Positions 63,820 through 64,000 of a DNA stretch of 64,000 nt are shown here, in pieces. Below the pieces are notes generated by a model, which was not told the DNA's origin, did not search any database, and was given only the letters and a program-made list of their open reading frames with translations. The position numbers and the translations under genes are program-made. The first letter of the stretch is position 1. Each line of letters begins with the position of its first letter. Source of the stretch: Prorocentrum cordatum (taxonomy: Eukaryota); NCBI GenBank assembly GCA_963575745.1, contig CAUYUJ010000004.1:1-64000 (forward strand), in the 5' to 3' direction.

Positions 63820-64000
63820 GGGTATGGTATGGTAAGGTATGTATGGTATGGTGTTGTATGGGTAGTTCGGTATGGTATTGTATGGTATGTGTGGTATGGT
63901 ATTGTATCGTATGGTAGGTATGCAAGTGTATGGTAGATATGGTATGGCATTGTATGGTAGGTACGGTATGGTATGGTGCGGTATGGTATGGTATGGTACG
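63820..64000. repeat. (GGTAT)n pentanucleotide repeat
   Basis: Direct reading; runs off the window end. Confidence 0.95.

Overview
Eukaryotic, GC-rich, repeat-saturated DNA. It is most likely from a dinoflagellate; this is inferred from dinoflagellate spliced-leader (DinoSL)-like motifs, the transposon types and abundant trinucleotide microsatellites. I found no intact host gene, rRNA, tRNA or CRISPR array. Main contents: (1) two divergent tyrosine-recombinase (DIRS/Ngaro/PAT-type) retrotransposons, E1 (41554-48224, with A...B-A-B split direct repeats) and E2 (about 53072-60112). Both have the same five-part layout: a small Cys/Pro-rich two-hydrophobic-segment ORF0, then gag-like, RT/RNase H, tyrosine recombinase (YR) and a C5 cytosine-methyltransferase-like ORF. 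(2) A Ty1/copia-like LTR-gag-protease relic running into an intronless SLC35A-type nucleotide-sugar transporter pseudogene. (3) A decayed CxxH-type DDE transposase. (4) An unidentified ORF chain of about 3.6 kb. (5) Four copies of a (GTT)n-associated non-coding element, plus MITEs, a foldback element and 77/83/90-bp satellites. Most notable are the conserved membrane-protein ORF0, DinoSL-like motifs just upstream of transposon ORFs, a TCAYGAYG junction core shared by both YR elements, and an active-type versus catalytically stripped methyltransferase pair. All protein assignments come from motif recognition by eye; no database search was run.
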